From IMG/VR virus record IMGVR_UViG_3300005437_000011: 64,000 nucleotides of DNA, one strand, 5' to 3'. This stretch comes from a virus. Lineage: Duplodnaviria; Heunggongvirae; Uroviricota; Caudoviricetes. The position numbers and the translations under genes are program-made. The notes under the pieces were generated by a model. The model worked only from the letters and a program-made list of their open reading frames with translations. It did not search any database and had not been told where the DNA came from. Positions 36,948 to 46,228 of this stretch are shown here, in pieces (position 1 is the stretch's first letter; every line of letters begins with the position of its first letter).

Positions 36948-37363
36948 CAACGCATGCGCTCCCCGCGCTGCTGCTTCTCCTCCCGGTCGTTTGCTGGCCG
37001 TTAGTAGTCGTCGCTCGTCGATGGCTGGGGAAGCGAAGCGCTGCACGGGCGGAGATCGATCTTCAGGCCGCGCAAAATGCGGATAGGCAGTCCGCCCAGA
37101 TCCGCAAGTGGCAGGCAGAAAACGAAGAACGCAAATGGAAGATCCTCAACGAGCCGACTCGTGTGCGCCGTCAACTTGCTGCAGATCTGCTATTCCCTGG
37201 GCTCTACACGACTGAGGACGCAGCCTGTAAGATGCGCGCGGACGGCGTTTATGAATGGATCCTCACGGGAACGTACACACGGAACAACCCGCGCCACCTG
37301 CTGTTGAACTCGAAGGTCAAGGATCTTGAGGCACGAGAAAAGGCGGAATCGGAGAGCGAATGA
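36944..37363 (+). CDS. membrane-anchored hypothetical protein
   Basis: N-terminal TM LPALLLLLPVVCWPLVVVA. Confidence 0.4.
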   Translation: MTTHALPALLLLLPVVCWPLVVVARRWLGKRSAARAEIDLQAAQNADRQSAQIRKWQAENEERKWKILNEPTRVRRQLAADLLFPGLYTTEDAACKMRADGVYEWILTGTYTRNNPRHLLLNSKVKDLEAREKAESESE

Positions 37364-37761
37364 GCAATCAATCCATGATCGATCGGTACCTGCCAAAGCA
37401 GCCGCATCCAGAAACCGGTGAGCCTTTCCTGCCGAAGTTTGAGATCGACATCGACAGTGGGGATCAGCTCGTCGAGTTTTATGAGCGCGAACCGATGCCT
37501 CCAGAGCGCGAATACTCCGACGATGACGGGTGCCTGGTCGTGCGAACCGACGTAGAGATGCAGGAGCTGTTCGACAATTACGAGGCCACGCACGCTGAAT
37601 GGGTGAAGCGGGGCTCGCCACTTGGCCCGACGCTTCACGTGCTAAAAGGCGTCCTCACTACGATCGGAAAGTTCGTTACGGCGTCGGGTGCAAAGGCGGA
37701 AGGCGTGCTGCTCCCAGATGGTACCTGGCGGTTGACGAAGGTGGACTGGAGAAGCGCGTGA
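37360..37761 (+). CDS. hypothetical protein
   Basis: 133-aa ORF. Confidence 0.4.
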   Translation: MSNQSMIDRYLPKQPHPETGEPFLPKFEIDIDSGDQLVEFYEREPMPPEREYSDDDGCLVVRTDVEMQELFDNYEATHAEWVKRGSPLGPTLHVLKGVLTTIGKFVTASGAKAEGVLLPDGTWRLTKVDWRSA

Positions 37762-38048
37762 CCGCGATCGACTGGATTCTGTTCGCGCAAATCGTCGTCC
37801 TCGCGCTAGGCGTTCGCTGGTACCGCGCGGAGTGGAAGCGGGCGGATGACATCTGCCTTGAGCTGCGCCAAGCATTGCTCGACGCAAAGCGGTCAGCCGA
37901 CGAACGCGAGCAGCTGGCGGTTCGAGCAATGGAGGATGTGTTTAGACGCGGCAAGGAAGTCGGGGCAGGGCTATCGTTTGCGTCCGTCGAGATCGAAACG
38001 GCATGCGACTGCCCGCGATGTCGAGCGCAGAAATGGGCGACGAATTGA
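37758..38048 (+). CDS. membrane hypothetical protein
   Basis: GTG start. TM ILFAQIVVLALGV. Confidence 0.3.
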   Translation: MTAIDWILFAQIVVLALGVRWYRAEWKRADDICLELRQALLDAKRSADEREQLAVRAMEDVFRRGKEVGAGLSFASVEIETACDCPRCRAQKWATN

Positions 38049-38353
38049 CCGAGCGCGTGCACATCGCAGGTTTCCCACTCCGAGTCCGAAACAAGGCGCG
38101 CCAACTTTGCGCTTGGTGTGGCTTCGTGCTGATCGAAAACGACTACGAGAACATGGCGGCAGCGCCGAATGAGGACGGTACCGCGTACGACTGGAGCAGA
38201 GGCTTCTACGCGATGAATGCTCTCGTCGCGATCGATGGTCCCAACGGCGGCGTGACGGGTTCGTGGGTAGTTAAAGAGGACCCCGAGAATCCGAAGCTGC
38301 CATCGACGTGCTGCGCTTATAATCAACCCCGTCCTAAAGGGCGGAGCTTTTGA
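38003..38353 (+). CDS. hypothetical protein
   Basis: 116-aa ORF. Confidence 0.35.
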   Translation: MRLPAMSSAEMGDELTERVHIAGFPLRVRNKARQLCAWCGFVLIENDYENMAAAPNEDGTAYDWSRGFYAMNALVAIDGPNGGVTGSWVVKEDPENPKLPSTCCAYNQPRPKGRSF

Positions 38354-38522
38354 GAGGTGACCGCCGCGGCGTCCGCAGCTTCACCTTCGCTTTCCCGCTT
38401 CGTCCGGTCCCCTCGAGCAGGATCCCGTCCACGGTGCGAAGCGCACTGTCCCAACGAGCAAGTCGAGCCTGCTGCTCGACGGTTGGGTAGACGCGATATC
38501 GGAAAGATTTGTGGATGATCAT
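38334..38522 (-). pseudogene. remnant of an IS200/IS605-family tnpB (N-terminal about 30 codons only)
   Basis: KSFRYRVYPTVEQQARLARW matches the highly conserved TnpB N-terminal motif. Similarity is lost after about 30 aa. A hairpin GGCCTG-ttaacg-CAGGCC sits at 38540-38557 just 5' of it. Confidence 0.35.
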
Positions 38523-38620
38523 CTGATACGCTCGTCGTGGCCTGTTAACGCAGGCCCTGCGCCTCGAACGTGTGATAGCGTTGCGAGGCGCGTCTATTCT
38601 TTAGCATAAACGGTGGTCAA

Positions 38621-38866
38621 ATGACAGAAGACGGAAGCATGTCGTTCGAAGAACTGATCGAGAATCTCGTTTACTCCGCATCCGCCTCAGTGGCGGTCCC
38701 GAACCGTGAGGTGCCAGCCGCGCTTGCCTGGGCAGCGGGTCGATTGACTGAACGGTACGGAGAGTCCGCGTTCGCCTTGCTTCTCCGGCGGAGAGAACTG
38801 GAGCGCGCCCTGGCCAATCTCCGAGACAGTCTCACAGCAGCATTCGCTGGGCTGGGGCTGGCATGA
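38621..38866 (+). CDS. hypothetical protein
   Basis: The ATG lies inside the GGTCAaATGACA palindrome. Confidence 0.35.
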   Translation: MTEDGSMSFEELIENLVYSASASVAVPNREVPAALAWAAGRLTERYGESAFALLLRRRELERALANLRDSLTAAFAGLGLA

Positions 38867-39016
38867 CCCTCGGGGAGTTCCTCTTTCGAGAGCTGCGCAG
38901 TGGGGAGATTGAGCGCGAGCCGACCTACGAGCTGTGGGCATGCCTGCCGCAGAGGCGACGTGATGAGTACGAAGCGGCGGCGCTCGAAGTGATCGCTGAA
39001 GCGAAGCGGAGGGCGC

Positions 39017-39229
39017 ATGTGGGTGATTGAAGTGCCCGGCCCCAGGCCACTCGGAGGCGGCAACCCGCCCTGGGCGCGCCATGGGCGACTCAAGCCAGAG
39101 ACCCCGGAGGGCGACGTCCAGCACCACCTGGTCGAGCTGCTAGGGCTGCATACGGCCGCGCGCGCCACGCTGGGCGGTGTCGATCTGCGGATGACTCGAC
39201 GCGGGCGCTGCCGGATTGAGTACCTGTGA
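39017..39229 (+). CDS. hypothetical protein
   Basis: 70-aa ORF. Confidence 0.3.
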   Translation: MWVIEVPGPRPLGGGNPPWARHGRLKPETPEGDVQHHLVELLGLHTAARATLGGVDLRMTRRGRCRIEYL

Positions 39230-39591
39230 GCGTGCAGCTGTCAGCTCACGAGCTCTGCCTGCTGCTCGAGCGGTCGCTGCGCGGGCTCGGCGAGGAGTAT
39301 CGAGTGCAGGCGGCAATCGAGGCGCTGCTGAAGCGCGAGGGCATCCAGCATGTGCGGGAGTTCACGCTTTCACCGAAGGACCGCATCGACTTCCTTGTTG
39401 GAACCGTTGGCATTGAAGTAAAGGTCGCTGGTGGGATCGGCGCTGTCGTGCGGCAGCTTGAGCGATACGCTAAGCATGAGTGCATCCAGTCACTCGTGCT
39501 CGTGACCACCAAAAGTACATTGGCCAGAGTGCCGCTCGAGCTGAACGGAAAGCCGTTGCGGGCGGCCGTCATCCTTCCGGGGTTCTGTTGA
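39226..39591 (+). CDS. VRR-NUC / PD-(D/E)xK nuclease-like protein
   Basis: SPKDRIDFLVGTVGIEVKVAGG fits the PD...(D/E)xK core. Adjacent to an SNF2 helicase, which is a common phage pairing. Confidence 0.45.
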   Translation: MSVQLSAHELCLLLERSLRGLGEEYRVQAAIEALLKREGIQHVREFTLSPKDRIDFLVGTVGIEVKVAGGIGAVVRQLERYAKHECIQSLVLVTTKSTLARVPLELNGKPLRAAVILPGFC

Positions 39592-41294
39592 GCACCAAGT
39601 TTCTAGGCACCATCAAGTCGTTCAAAGGCAGCTGGATCGTCGAATGTGAGCCACACGTACTGATCCGTTTGCGCAGGGTGTTCCCGCGTATGTCCAGGCC
39701 GCGACCGCGCGCCGACGGAAAACGAGACGTGGTCTGCATTGCAAACACGCCTGAAGTCTGTCGGGATTTGGAATGGTTTGCAGGGCGATTCCCGCTGGAA
39801 CTCAGCAAGGACGATGAGTACCGACTGACGCAAAAAGCGAACGAGCATCGCGAAGGCGAACACATGGTTCAGCAATTGATCGCTAAGGAGATCAAGCCAG
39901 CTGAGTTCCGGATGGCGCTTCCGGCGCGCGATTATCAGAAAGTTGGCGCACAACTCTGTGTGTTGACAGGCGGAACAATTCTCGCGTTCGACATGGGACT
40001 AGGCAAGACGCCTACTGGTATCTACATGTTGATGGATCCTAAAACGCGGCCCGCTTTGGTGGTGACCATGACTCACTTGCCAAGGCAGTGGGAATCCGAG
40101 TTTAGGAAGTTCGCTCCACAGCTCCGAACGCACGTCATCGACTCGACTCGGCCGTACGACATTGCAAAGCGCTGCGGTGGCCAGATGCCGGACGCCATAA
40201 TCATCTCATATAGCAAACTCTCTGGATGGAAGGACGCGATTCGCGTTCGCTCTTTCATTATCGACGAAGCGCAGGAATTCCGGAACGGAACAGAGACGAA
40301 GAAAGGCGAAGCAGGAGCGGCAATTGCACGCGCTGCGTCGTATCGCTTGGCTTTAACCGGAACTCCTTTCGTAAATATGGGCGCCGAGATTTGGAACATT
40401 TACGAGATGGTTCGTCCAGGTGTCCTCGGCACATATCGTGAGTTCACTACCGAATGGTGCGTGGGTGATTCGGATAAACCAGGCAAAGTGAAAATCAAGG
40501 ATCCGGTCGCGTTCGGTTCGTATCTACGTCACGCCGGACTGATCGACCGCAAGACGAAGGCGGATGTCGGGCGTGAATTACCGAAATTGAACAAGGTCGT
40601 TCAGTTTGTCGATTATGACGTAGCTCACCTGCAGAGCGTCGAGCGCAAGGCAACGGCGCTAGCTGAGGTACTGCTGTCGAAAACCGAGCGCACGCGCGGC
40701 GCGAAGATGCAGGCGGCGGAAGAGTTGAGCAATCTCGTCAGGCAAGCGACGGGGGTCGCCAAGATGCCGTGGGTCGCGGACCTCGTGCGCATGCTGGTCG
40801 AAAGCGGGGAGCCGGTGCTCTGCTACCTGTGGCATCGGCAATGCTACGCTATCGTCAACGAGCGTCTCAAAGATCTGAATCCGGCGATGTACACTGGATC
40901 GGAGACTGAGAAGGAAAAGGCGGAATCGTTCCGACGGTTCACATCAGGCGAGACGGACGTGATGTTGATGAGTCTCCGCGCCGGACAGGGGCTCGATGGC
41001 TTGCAACACAGATGCTCGACAGTCGTCAATGGCGAGCTTGATTGGTCACCGGCAATCCACGATCAAGGGGTCGCGCGGGTATATCGCGATGGGCAAACGA
41101 AGCCAGTATTCGTTTATTTCCCGCTTGCTGACTCAGGCTCAGATCCGATCGTTTCGGATATTTTAGGAGTGAAGCGAGCGCAACTCGAAGGCGTCCGCGA
41201 TCTTTCGACCGGCACGGACATCCTACCGACAGCGGACACCGATCACATCAAGAAATTGGCTAAGGCGTACTTGTCCAAGAATGCTGTCAAGTGA
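39480..41294 (+). CDS. SNF2-family DNA helicase
   Basis: ILAFDMGLGKT (motif I), FIIDEAQEFRN (motif II), LALTGTPF (motif III), LMSLRAGQGLDGLQ (helicase C). The true start is probably TTG 39588, just after the VRR-NUC stop. Confidence 0.8.
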   Translation: MHPVTRARDHQKYIGQSAARAERKAVAGGRHPSGVLLSTKFLGTIKSFKGSWIVECEPHVLIRLRRVFPRMSRPRPRADGKRDVVCIANTPEVCRDLEWFAGRFPLELSKDDEYRLTQKANEHREGEHMVQQLIAKEIKPAEFRMALPARDYQKVGAQLCVLTGGTILAFDMGLGKTPTGIYMLMDPKTRPALVVTMTHLPRQWESEFRKFAPQLRTHVIDSTRPYDIAKRCGGQMPDAIIISYSKLSGWKDAIRVRSFIIDEAQEFRNGTETKKGEAGAAIARAASYRLALTGTPFVNMGAEIWNIYEMVRPGVLGTYREFTTEWCVGDSDKPGKVKIKDPVAFGSYLRHAGLIDRKTKADVGRELPKLNKVVQFVDYDVAHLQSVERKATALAEVLLSKTERTRGAKMQAAEELSNLVRQATGVAKMPWVADLVRMLVESGEPVLCYLWHRQCYAIVNERLKDLNPAMYTGSETEKEKAESFRRFTSGETDVMLMSLRAGQGLDGLQHRCSTVVNGELDWSPAIHDQGVARVYRDGQTKPVFVYFPLADSGSDPIVSDILGVKRAQLEGVRDLSTGTDILPTADTDHIKKLAKAYLSKNAVK

Positions 41295-41298
41295 CCGC

Positions 41299-42402
41299 TC
41301 AAAATTCGTGGTCGCGAATTACGATTGGTGCGTCATCGCGGCCCTTCCAATATGGTTCGATCCACTTGCGCGTGCGATCAGCATGCCCTGGTCCGCAAGC
41401 TTGATTGCGCCAATGCCCGCGCACAACCCATCGCACTTTGAATGCGCGGTTCACCTCGCCCGTTAGGAAGGCGTGCATCGCCGGGATCGCGTTCACCTTC
41501 ACTGGCGAGCCGAGCACATAGTCATTGTTCGCGCGCAGCCCGAACTTGCCCTTCGGTGCGCCCTTGCTACCCTCCCCTTTGACCTTGGTGATCCCGTGGT
41601 TCTCCATGGCCAGGATGACGTTGATCGCTAGGAGCTTCCCGAGTTCTACGGCGCGCGTCTCCAACACGTCCGGGGCCACGGTGCCACCATTAGGGCCCCA
41701 AGGATGAGAGACGGTAGCGCACAATTCATCGGCGGTCAGCGGCCCGCTCCAGAGCTGAACCGCGCCGACGTCTAGGCGTACTTGCCAGTAGGGCGCCGTG
41801 CGCGAGCGTCTGCCGGGCATTGGCACCTCGTCCCCGCGATAACTCATCACGGCGACGCACTGGCACCAGCTCTTACCGGTCGCGTCGATCGCACCTTCGA
41901 TAGGCTCGTCCGAGAGCACAACGGGGAATGATTCCGTTTCCAAGGTGATCGAAAATGCAGGCCACGGCGCGCGAAGGGCTTCGGCTTGTTCTGCGGTCAC
42001 GTCAGTCAGGCAAAACGCTGCGGCCTGTTGCGCGGTAATAAACAGGTTCGGCAGCCCCATCTCGAACCAGCGAGCAGACCAGATCAGCTGGTCGCCGAAC
42101 TTGCTGTCGATGCCGGGACCGAAGACGAACCCGCAAACGGCCGTGGCGATCATGTCGCTCTCGATCGACCGAGTGATGGTCGACAGGACGCGGCCGCACG
42201 CGGCAAGGCTGTAAGCGCTGATGCCGCTCGCGGCCATAACGCGAACGGGCGCCGCAAGATCGCGCGAAACTTTCGCCAGCGCCTTTGCGCCGATTCTCTC
42301 AAGCGCCAAGCGAATGGTACCGGACTCTTCCGGGTAGCGTTCGAAGAACTGGTCCATCGCCGCGGGGAATTCTTCAGCCTTCAGCACTTGAAAGTAGTTC
42401 AT
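41299..42402 (-). CDS. hypothetical protein 'Y1' (paralog of 55185..56279)
   Basis: C-terminus VRWVVRGHWRNQACGPGHADRTRKWIEPYWKGRDDAPIVIRDH aligns with VQYVVRGHWKNQVHGSGRAERKFIHIEPYWRGPEDAPIAVRSH. PWPAFSITLE/PWPAMMIRVPE also shared. Confidence 0.55.
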   Translation of the reverse strand: MNYFQVLKAEEFPAAMDQFFERYPEESGTIRLALERIGAKALAKVSRDLAAPVRVMAASGISAYSLAACGRVLSTITRSIESDMIATAVCGFVFGPGIDSKFGDQLIWSARWFEMGLPNLFITAQQAAAFCLTDVTAEQAEALRAPWPAFSITLETESFPVVLSDEPIEGAIDATGKSWCQCVAVMSYRGDEVPMPGRRSRTAPYWQVRLDVGAVQLWSGPLTADELCATVSHPWGPNGGTVAPDVLETRAVELGKLLAINVILAMENHGITKVKGEGSKGAPKGKFGLRANNDYVLGSPVKVNAIPAMHAFLTGEVNRAFKVRWVVRGHWRNQACGPGHADRTRKWIEPYWKGRDDAPIVIRDHEF

Positions 42403-43340
42403 ATTTCTTCGTGTTTCTTCGGTCGCAGACGGGTACCACCGGCCGCGCGATTCAATTTTTCCAACAAGTCCAATCGCCTGAACTCAAGGTGCAAGTTCCT
42501 GTTTTTGAACGCTCGAAAGCGAAAGAACTGCGTCTCACCAAACTCACCGCGTGGCGTGACCTTGATCGCGTCCGACAGCTCACTGTAGTGGCGCTTCGAT
42601 GTGTTTCCGAGCCCGGCAAGCGCGCTAAAAACGTTCTCCAGCGCTGTCAGTCGCTGCTCTGCCCAGTGACTGACGCGCATGCCAGGGCCGTGGAACGGAA
42701 GCTCGACAACGCCGCTGAGCACGACCTTGGCTGGGACTTCGAATTCAGAGTTCGTTTTGTATTCGCTGTTGTGCGGGCGGAGCCATTCGAATACCTCGTC
42801 GATCGCGGCTTCAATCATGCTAGGCAGCTGGTCTTGGAACTGCTTCACCATGGCGGCCACGTTGGCCTCGGTGATAGGTAGGACCTCACCTTTCTTGAGC
42901 TGTTCCTCAAGTTGCTCCCAGGCTTTGATCGACATGGCGCGACGTAGCTCCAGCCGTTCGACGAGCGTTTTCCAGATCGAACGTCGCAGCTCGGTGATCT
43001 CGTCCACCGGCTTCTCGAAGTTGATTTGGCGTCGCCACTCCCCAAAACAGATGCCTCTGTAGCTGTCGAGAGTGAAGGCGTCGTTCAGCGCATTCACGGC
43101 GCGCGCAATCATCTGGCAGCCCGTTGCGATCTCGCTTTCGCTTCGTTCATAGATGCTCACCAATTCGGAAACGGAGAGCCGTCCAGCGAGCTGATTCCCG
43201 GCCTCACTACGCGCGAACTCGCGGCAAGCTTCACACAGGCCGCCCTCGTCAGCCCCGATGGCCTTATAGCACTCGGAGCATTCAGGACGCTCGGAGTCAT
43301 CCTCTGCGTCAGATGTCGACGCGGGCAATAGCGCGGTCAC
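42399..43340 (-). CDS. hypothetical protein 'X1' (paralog of 49516..50388)
   Basis: LRRSIWKTLVERLELRRAMSIKAW...HNSEYKTNSEFEVP...NLHLEFRRLDLLEKLNRAAGGTRLRPK aligns with the corresponding blocks of X2. N-terminal CxxC...CxxC. Confidence 0.55.
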   Translation of the reverse strand: MTALLPASTSDAEDDSERPECSECYKAIGADEGGLCEACREFARSEAGNQLAGRLSVSELVSIYERSESEIATGCQMIARAVNALNDAFTLDSYRGICFGEWRRQINFEKPVDEITELRRSIWKTLVERLELRRAMSIKAWEQLEEQLKKGEVLPITEANVAAMVKQFQDQLPSMIEAAIDEVFEWLRPHNSEYKTNSEFEVPAKVVLSGVVELPFHGPGMRVSHWAEQRLTALENVFSALAGLGNTSKRHYSELSDAIKVTPRGEFGETQFFRFRAFKNRNLHLEFRRLDLLEKLNRAAGGTRLRPKKHEEI

Positions 43341-43552
43341 GCGGTGAGCTCCTCGGGACGCTCGACGACGACCGCGCTAGCGCAAGCCGCAAACGTAGTC
43401 GTGTGCCCAGCGCCTTCCCCGTCGAGTCTGGTCACGTGAACAAGGCCGCCATCGCCATGCCGATCGAGACGGTAGAGGTCGCCTCTGCTGTCGCGAAATG
43501 TCGAGCCGGCGCGAACCGTCTCTAGCTTCGGGTTGTCGCCCCAGTTGCTCAC
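43337..43552 (-). CDS. hypothetical protein
   Basis: 71-aa ORF. Confidence 0.3.
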   Translation of the reverse strand: MSNWGDNPKLETVRAGSTFRDSRGDLYRLDRHGDGGLVHVTRLDGEGAGHTTTFAACASAVVVERPEELTA

Positions 43553-43700
43553 GAGAACCGCCTTTCAATGCGCGAGTAACAATGCACCTTGAGCCGCTCC
43601 CGACCACCCATCCACCATGAAGCACGCCACCCGAACACGGTGTCGCGCACCTCCAGCTGCCAGGCGCGGGCGCGGCGCTTCTGCTGACGGCGCGCGCGGC

Positions 43701-44117
43701 TCATCGCTTGCTCACCATGGCGCCCAGTACGCCCTGAAACGTTATGCTCGGGTTCACCAAGCGCAGCACCTCATGGATCATGCGCTCACCTCCACCGTTG
43801 GCCAGTAGGCGAGCGTCGACTGGACCTGACGGCACGTCGACGTTATATCCTCGCGGGCAGCTCAGCCCCTCGACATGTCCGAACGCCCGGCAGATGAGCG
43901 GGCGCACCTCGTAGACGGAGCACTTCCCATCCAGATACAGCGGGCAGGTTATCCCCTGGTCCTTGGGCGTGATCTTGTGCTCGATCACATAGGCCACGAC
44001 GCGGTCAAACTCCGCCTGAGTGGCGGGAGCTGGCCCGCAACACTCGCCGCAACCGTCGTCACAGCGCATTGGCGGGAACTCGGGGGCCACGACGGGCAGG
44101 CGGCGCTTGCGCTTCAT
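43701..44117 (-). CDS. YkgJ-family cysteine-cluster protein
   Basis: CDDGCGECCG...CPLYLDGKCSVYEVRPLICRAF fits the CxxCxxCC ... CPFL ... C.IY..RP..CR.F pattern. Confidence 0.5.
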   Translation of the reverse strand: MKRKRRLPVVAPEFPPMRCDDGCGECCGPAPATQAEFDRVVAYVIEHKITPKDQGITCPLYLDGKCSVYEVRPLICRAFGHVEGLSCPRGYNVDVPSGPVDARLLANGGGERMIHEVLRLVNPSITFQGVLGAMVSKR

Positions 44118-44416
44118 TTGCTAGCCGCCTTCTTTTGCCTAGCCAGATTCCTGGCGCGTTCGACAGACGTCATAGCGAGCCAGTCCAGTGCTCCGCCTTT
44201 TCGCTCGAAGTCACTCATCTTCGCCCAAGTGCAACGGGCGCCGTGGAGATTGGTGTCAATCCGATCCATTCCATCGACGTAGTTCATTTTGGTGAGACCG
44301 ACGCCAACCACTGATCCATCCGGAAGTACATAGGTGCGCGGCGGAGTGGTTCTAGAGAGCTTCAGGGCGCGTTTCTCGGCAGTGGGACCCGTGAAGCCAA
44401 GGATTGGTTGTCTCAT
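44114..44416 (-). CDS. hypothetical protein
   Basis: The C-terminal part of ORF 44114..44596 is protein-like. Real start is probably Met at ~44416. Confidence 0.3.
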   Translation of the reverse strand: MRQPILGFTGPTAEKRALKLSRTTPPRTYVLPDGSVVGVGLTKMNYVDGMDRIDTNLHGARCTWAKMSDFERKGGALDWLAMTSVERARNLARQKKAASK

Positions 44417-44913
44417 CTGCGGCCTCGCGGCAATGTGTCCTGCAACGTCTCGTGTTGCTCGCCGTCTAGCTCGAAGTCCGCACTGATTCTGCCGCGCGCC
44501 ACAGCGAACCGGAGGCCCAGATTGTTCCCTGGCCCCAGCTGATTCGCAAGCCAGCCGACACACGGCTGCTCGCTGCCCACGGGCGACTCGTGGCATGCCA
44601 TCAAGCGAAGCGTCCCGCCAAGGTTGAGCGCGCCGGGCTCCGTGATCGTGTTGCTGAGCGCCGCGTGCTTATCCGCGCAGTAGCCGTTCGGGATCTGGTT
44701 CGGATCGGTGCTGACTTTCCAGGGGCACGCTTTGCACTGCTTGCGTGTCTTCGTCGCCTGCTTCGCTTGCTCGATGCCATCCGCGGCATCAAGGAGCTCA
44801 GCTCCAGGCCCATCACTATAATAGGCGCCCATCGACGCCGCTTCTGATGCGCGTTGAGTGCGGTGGTTTCGATTCAAGGGTCGAGTTTTCATTTGGATAG
44901 CTCCGTCGGGCAT
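44413..44913 (-). CDS. Cys-rich conserved hypothetical protein
   Basis: CKACPWKVS...NGYCADKHA...LRLMACHESP...QPCVGWLANQL. Confidence 0.45.
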   Translation of the reverse strand: MPDGAIQMKTRPLNRNHRTQRASEAASMGAYYSDGPGAELLDAADGIEQAKQATKTRKQCKACPWKVSTDPNQIPNGYCADKHAALSNTITEPGALNLGGTLRLMACHESPVGSEQPCVGWLANQLGPGNNLGLRFAVARGRISADFELDGEQHETLQDTLPRGRR

Positions 44914-45119
44914 TCGCGAACGAACCGACTACGGATGCAGCTAGGATTGCTCGTCTTGTGTCGGTCGTAACCAAGCTGCTTCAGTGCTGACACCTCAGCC
45001 GATGCTTGAGCCATGGGCGGAGTGGCGGTGACCACTACCGTTCTGGTTGATTTGTCAGGCATCAAGATCGTGCACTCCCATTCTTGGGTTTTCATTTCGC
45101 CATCTCCGCGCGGCACCAC
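44889..45119 (-). CDS. hypothetical protein
   Basis: 76-aa ORF. Confidence 0.3.
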   Translation of the reverse strand: MVPRGDGEMKTQEWECTILMPDKSTRTVVVTATPPMAQASAEVSALKQLGYDRHKTSNPSCIRSRFVRECPTELSK

Positions 45120-45509
45120 TTGGCGGCGGCATCCAGAGCCGTTTCGTAATACGCCGCACGAAAAGGCTTACCCGCCCCGACAGATACGAGCCACTCGCCG
45201 TTTTCTTGGCAGACGCGATAACCGAGCGAGTACTTCCCGCGCGCCGTCCATTTGTTGAGCGTCGCGATTGCCTCCGCTTCTCGCAACGCTGATTCGAGGG
45301 CTGAGCGGATCGTTTGCGCCCCCGTTACCGTAAGCTGCACGAGCCGACCGTGCTCGCACAAGTCCAGTACCCGTAGAGCCTCTTGCGCACTCACAGCGCC
45401 ACCTCGAAAAGCACACCGGTGAAGAAGCAGGCGGACAGTCGGCACCACGGGAACCAGAAGCCAGCAAACGCGAAGCCGGCGACGCTCAGCGCGTAGAAGG
45501 TCGTGCGCT

Positions 45510-45764
45510 TCACTGGCGACCTTCCCGCCGCTGTTCCTCGGCTCGCGCCGTGTGCCAAGCCTCGAATGCCTCCGTGTCTTCCCAGCGCGGACGGTGCTCT
45601 GGGTACGGTTTATCGGTGAGCCGCTCGCGAGCCGCCATGAGGTACTCAAGAGCCTCATTGGTCAAGGCGTCCGTCTCCGGGACTTCTTCGCGGGAGCCAT
45701 AGTTGAGCGCCGCGATTGCTTCGTTGATCGAAGTGAGTTCAGCGAGTTTTGGATCGATAGGCAT
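45510..45764 (-). CDS. hypothetical protein
   Basis: 84-aa ORF. Confidence 0.35.
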   Translation of the reverse strand: MPIDPKLAELTSINEAIAALNYGSREEVPETDALTNEALEYLMAARERLTDKPYPEHRPRWEDTEAFEAWHTARAEEQRREGRQ

Positions 45765-46111
45765 CAGGCTTCCTCTGTGGTTGGGGTGGGTTTACGTGAG
45801 CGTGCAGCGAGCATCTTGTCGGCTTGCTCATAGGCTTCCGCTGCGATCTTCTCTTCGGACGCTTCCAAGAAGTGAGGGTGCAACCAGATCGACTGCATCG
45901 CCTTCCCCGCCAGCTCGTCACGGAGGCCGCCGATCGCCTGCTCTTCCGAGATGACGTCGTAAGCAGTGACCTTTACGCCACTGTGACCGCGCTTGTGGGC
46001 GTTCATCTCGGCGCGGTCCTGCAGCTCTTCACATCCGAGCGAGCAGCGTACGGCTTCTAAGATAACCTCGGGTGATCCGCCGGTGACTTCGAGTTCGATC
46101 AAGACTTTCAT
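45764..46111 (-). CDS. hypothetical protein
   Basis: 115-aa ORF. Confidence 0.4.
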   Translation of the reverse strand: MKVLIELEVTGGSPEVILEAVRCSLGCEELQDRAEMNAHKRGHSGVKVTAYDVISEEQAIGGLRDELAGKAMQSIWLHPHFLEASEEKIAAEAYEQADKMLAARSRKPTPTTEEA

Positions 46112-46228
46112 GTTGTTCCCTTGGGCTGAGCCTTTCCTGTGACGAGGCCACTGGCGCGATGATCACGAAGGCGAAATAGACAGAAGTGACGACAAGCGTC
46201 GCAACGACTAGGGCGACAAGAACGAGCC

